This document shows, piece after piece, positions 59,476 through 64,000 of a stretch of 64,000 bases of DNA (positions within the stretch are counted from its first letter, which is position 1; each line of letters starts with the position of its first letter). The DNA is from Tubiluchus corallicola. Its lineage: Eukaryota; Animalia; Priapulida. The notes beneath the pieces are model-generated. The model was given only the letters and a program-made list of their open reading frames with translations. It was not told where the DNA came from and made no database searches. The position numbers were made by a program, and so were the translations under genes. The stretch lies in the NCBI GenBank assembly GCA_030141605.1, contig JAQGDQ010000191.1, positions 310,001 to 374,000 on the forward strand. Reading direction: 5' to 3'.

Positions 59476-60399
59476 CATTGGATGGAACTCACCTTGGGTA
59501 CATAAAAACACTATATAACTGTGAAGTTCCAAAACTTGCAGATCACGTTGCAGGATCAATGAGATAAGGCAGCTCGTGCTTAAAGCCACATGCAGTTAAA
59601 AGAATCAATTTTAAAGTGATTATATTTTCTCTGTTACATATATTGTATGCCTTGTTTTTATAGAGTGACAACTTGTGTATGTGTAATAGCTTATTACGCA
59701 TAGTTGCAATTCTAAATCTGTGTACTTGTGTGATAATTTGTGAGACGAAAGCATTCCTTTATAATGTGGCAGTTTAATCGTGAGACCAATTATTCAGTGA
59801 AAAATTATTGTGATTTCAGCTTTTAGTTTACTTGTAAAAATAGGCCGATGCAAAAACAGAAGTGATTCTATTCAAGCTGATATGCTTATAGATATATACC
59901 CCCTTGGGCACTACATTTGGGTAGGATATTCGATATATTTGTTATTTAGACCCAAAAATTTGATCAAACCTAAAATTCAGAAGCGATGTTTTTGTCTTGA
60001 CATTAATGCAGCTGAAAGAATAATTACCATTATCTGATTAACCTATCAGAATTATTATAGATACAATAACAATGCAGAGCTAGTCGAATTAAGATAGAAG
60101 CTCAGGACACACTATGCAGAATCGGCCTTTGAATTCTCCAAAAAAAAAGTTGCATAGATATGAACGCTAATTTGAGAAATAGTCGAAGAGCATTGCAATT
60201 GACTTTGTATAAAGATGTAACAAAACAAATAAGTTTCACATATGACAGAAATTGTCTGTAATGAGCATTTTCCAATTCGTACACAGGTACAGAATTATGC
60301 GGAATCCAGCATATAGATGTTTTCTTATAGTTTTCTCTTGATATAATCACAAAGTTAAAAAATGAATGATGTAACAACAGAATTGGTGCAACAACATTT

Positions 60400-62449
60400 T
60401 CTTTATTTATACATGGCATACTGCACAACAAAGCGAACAAAGACAATGAAATTACGACCAACAGAAAAGATACAACATCTTTTCTTCATTTGCACATGGC
60501 GTGCAATATTACCTCAACACTGGCACTAATTGTGTACACAAAATGCACTGGTCATGTCAGTTATAATGACAAGAAATTATTTGCCAACTTTGGTGGTGCT
60601 TTCGAGTTAACCCTAAATTATAATACCACAAAAGTGAATAAATTGGTTCTCAGGCAATATACAACTTTGCAGCTTTCATGACTTGAACCTTGCTGGAAAA
60701 AAGTCAGTCCATATTTTACTTGTAAAATTTTCCTCATTAAGTAGCAGTAATATATCACGTTAACTGCTCGAGAAACGTGCAAAAGTGGAAGTACCTTTTC
60801 TGTTTCCAGTATCATATAGGTTCTGTGGCATGGTTTGCAAGCGTTTGTAGTGTGTTAAGGAAAATGCACAATCCCTTTTGCCAATTACTTTTTTCCAAGT
60901 AAATCATCGTCTTTTTTGAGTGTCCAAGATGCAATTTTTTTAACTTTTTGCAGCCATGTAATAAGTAAATGATGCTAACAAATGCTACTGCTTACCTGTT
61001 TCACGAGAAATCACCTGAAAACTTACCGTCTTGAAACCCTTGTAAACTCTGAAAATAAAATGCCGATGAGAAATGAAAACCAAGTTATTATTCAATCACA
61101 TTCACTACAGATGCTCTCGAATATCGCGACAAATTTTCTTCAGATACAGAAACCAATTCTTTGTACACTCGCAGACACCAAAGCTCCTGCACAAGTAATG
61201 CTCTTCTTTTATTAGAGTGATCATCTTGTCAAGTAGCAAAATAGGTTCAAACATCCAGCTTGGTCAAATAATTTGCAGACAAATATTTGGCAAATGTTCA
61301 ATCCAATCAGTAAGCACTTTGTGGTTTTACAGCATTTTTGATAGTCGTCTCTCCCACGCAATACTTACTCCTATACCAGTACGTCATGATGTACAAAATC
61401 ACACCCAATCTATCCAATAATTTTGGTTGGCATATCAAAATGTTTCTAAGCAGTCAGACTACATTTTTTACACAATTTCCAGGAAAAATATAGGAAGGCC
61501 GGTATTTTAGATTTTCAGTATGCACCATTCTTTTTTTTTGTGATCACATCTTAATTCCAACATAATAATCAATGAACACTATGAAACAGAATGCAAAGAA
61601 GAAATATTTTAGGAAGGGTGGGCCTACTGTGATCCCCCATGGTCAAGTACAAGTAAATCTAAACAATTTATACACTGCCAGCTTTTTTTCTTAACAATTT
61701 TGCATCAAACTCATCTTCCGTAAGACGCTATACATACAGAAATTCCGAGCTTCTTGCATGATTTTGCACTGCGTGTCACTTCTCAACAATCAAATCCACA
61801 TGCAGAATTTCATTCGTGTCTTGAAGGAAATTTATTTATTAACACATACATCATACAACCAGTACACACAAAAGAAGACAGTAAATCTTACTAAAATACA
61901 GACAACTGCAAGAAGACCAATTACTCTTATGTAGGTCTCTCATTCATTTGTGAACAATTCAAACATCGATAAAGTGCGCGCACACACAACTAGGACATAC
62001 AGAATGTTCTCAGCGCATAACAAAGTTTTGATTACAACTTGACAGCCTGTATTTGAAAATTAGGTGATGACACGGCACTTAGCAGATCATTTATAAATTC
62101 GTTAAGTGGTAAAGTTTGCTATCAAACAAAAACATAGCCACTCTTAAACTTACAACGAGTTATGGTAATTCAAAGTAAATAGTTTTATTCAATCCTAAGG
62201 ATGTAGAAATGAGTGAGTAGTAATATCTAAATATTTACACCACATCAGAAAACGCGCCTCACTTTGACAAAACATTGCCAATTTTCTCACATCAAATTTA
62301 GGCATTCTAATAATATCGACTATAACATCATACGTTAATAATATTATAAATCACTGCTTATCGACTAAGCATGAAAAGTTGGAAAATTTACAAAGCCAAT
62401 AGTAAGAAATGTTATGTAAGGTATAATAATAATAGATCAAATTTAGGAA
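60400..62449 (-). other. TARDBP: TARDBP 3' UTR region with proximal and distal poly(A) signals and candidate alternative exons
   Basis: Minus-strand AATAAA at 61831-61840 and about 60403-60408; splice-flanked 22-nt segment 61048-61027; strong acceptor before 60692. Confidence 0.5.
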
Positions 62450-62988
62450 CTAATTCCACCCAGGAGATTGTTTGGTGGCACCCCATCCTGGGCCACTACT
62501 TTGACTATCTCCAGTAGCCCCCTGCTGCCACCCCAAGGAACCCCCATAACCTCCGCCGCCGCCACCACCTCCAGGATAACTACCATGACCACCATCTTGG
62601 ACAGGCCCACCTTGGCTTACCCCACCACCTTGGCTTGGAACCACCCCACCTTGCTGTTGTTGCTGCTGAGCTGCCATGCCTAACAAATTTCCCCAAGGGC
62701 TGTTTGGTTGACTAAGAGCTGCTGTTGCGGCAGCCAGCATGGCCGGAGTTAACAAGTTATTCATAGCTAATGCTCCCATTGGATTGTTTGCCATACTGCT
62801 CATTCCACTTTGATTAGGCTGGCCACCGCCTCCTCCACCCATGTTCTCATTTTGATACTGCCAGCCTCCATTTCGTGCACCACCCCTTCCAGAATCATCA
62901 AACCCTCGTCCACCGCCTCTTCCACTTCTCATATCTCGTTCTCTGTCTTTCTGTTTAGGCTCGGCACTGCTCACGTGCACACTTATAC
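62450..62988 (-). CDS. TARDBP: TAR DNA-binding protein 43 (TDP-43), last coding exon: RRM2 end and Gly/Gln/Asn-rich low-complexity domain; upstream exons outside window
   Basis: Acceptor TTATTGCAG| at 62989/62988; GISVHVSSAEPK matches the TDP-43 RRM2 end (GISVHISNAEPK); PAMLAAATAALSQ..PWG..GM conserved helix; ends SPGWN*. Confidence 0.93.
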
Positions 62989-64000
62989 CTGCAATAACAT
63001 CAGCTGTTTTATTATATATGCAATACACAGTGCCATTTAAATTTTGTTTTATGTCTTAGACACTTCTGCATGCATTGCTGTATCCAACTTACAATATTTG
63101 ACACTCCATAAGTAATTTTAGTGGTAATTACCTTCAAAGAATAGTTAAGCGTCAGAGCTAGACATGTGTTACAGCAGCAGCTAGAAAATACCTACCGCCA
63201 TTATCTTAGCATGCGTTTCCAACTTGGCTTCAGTAGTTGGGATATTATGTTCGAACTTGTACATAATTTAGTTTTACAGCAATATCGTTCGAAAGCTATC
63301 TCAGGACTTTCTATATATATGCACTAGCATTTTCATAATCGACTAATTGGATATTTAAGCTGTTTCCATAATCTATTATAAATGTTTTTTTTTGCAACTT
63401 TACAAGAAAGCAGTCCCATGCCAAAAAAACATATTCATGTTAGTGAGACATATTCACGTTTAAGTTGTGATGACAGACCGTTAAGTTACTGCACAAAAGG
63501 AGAGCCATATTACTTAATTTTATTGCAATAACAGTTATATTTCTCTGGAAAGAAAGTTGAAATGGTATTAATAACAGAATCGATTTGCATGAGCAAATGA
63601 AAACATAACTGATGATCACAAATAAAAGCCCAAATCGATTGATGAATCACATCACTAATATGCACTAATGTATCTGTTTGTGTTGACAAAATCTGTGCGT
63701 TTTCTAAATGATACAACAGTTTCCTGATTAAACACTGATCCTGTAATTAATAATTGAACATCAGTAACTGAAAAACGTGGCTAGCAGGTAAAATTGCATT
63801 GCAGGTAGCACTACTAGTTGCTTTCAGGATACTTTTATACTTTTTTAAAATTTCATGGTGCCAGTTTGGGAAATTCGGACGATAAGCCTTCCACCATTAA
63901 TGAATGATGCAGTCAAATCAAAACAATATGAAGCAAGGTTAAACTGACCAATGACTTTACATAATAAATACAATCTGCATAAAACACTAAGTTCAATTGT

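Noticed and set aside
62468-63040. Plus-strand ORFs antisense to TDP-43
   Set aside because: Shadow frames of Gly/Gln-rich codons.

Overview
AT-rich, intron-containing animal (apparently invertebrate) genomic DNA, not prokaryotic; most ORF-track entries are spurious or exon read-throughs. Hand-splicing at GT-AG sites gives five genes: the 3' 17 coding exons of a RERE/Atrophin corepressor (+, 680-23756), a 5-exon SFT2D3-like vesicle transport gene (-, 30702-37689), two tandem 8-exon spermidine synthase paralogs (+, 40380-51264 and 53519-59475), and the last coding exon plus 3' region of TDP-43/TARDBP (-, 62450-62988). Introns and intergenic DNA carry RTE and L2-type LINE relics, Tigger/pogo-, Kolobok-, hAT- and piggyBac-like DNA transposon remnants and microsatellites. 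Most notable: (1) the upstream spermidine synthase copy has clustered substitutions in the amine-acceptor pocket and a competing splice donor that makes a stop codon; (2) the TDP-43 3' region holds a UG-rich tract, a proximal poly(A) signal and hidden downstream exons resembling the vertebrate autoregulation/short-TDP-43 circuit; (3) RERE-SRM-TARDBP linkage echoes human 1p36. Human comparisons are from memory; no searches were run.
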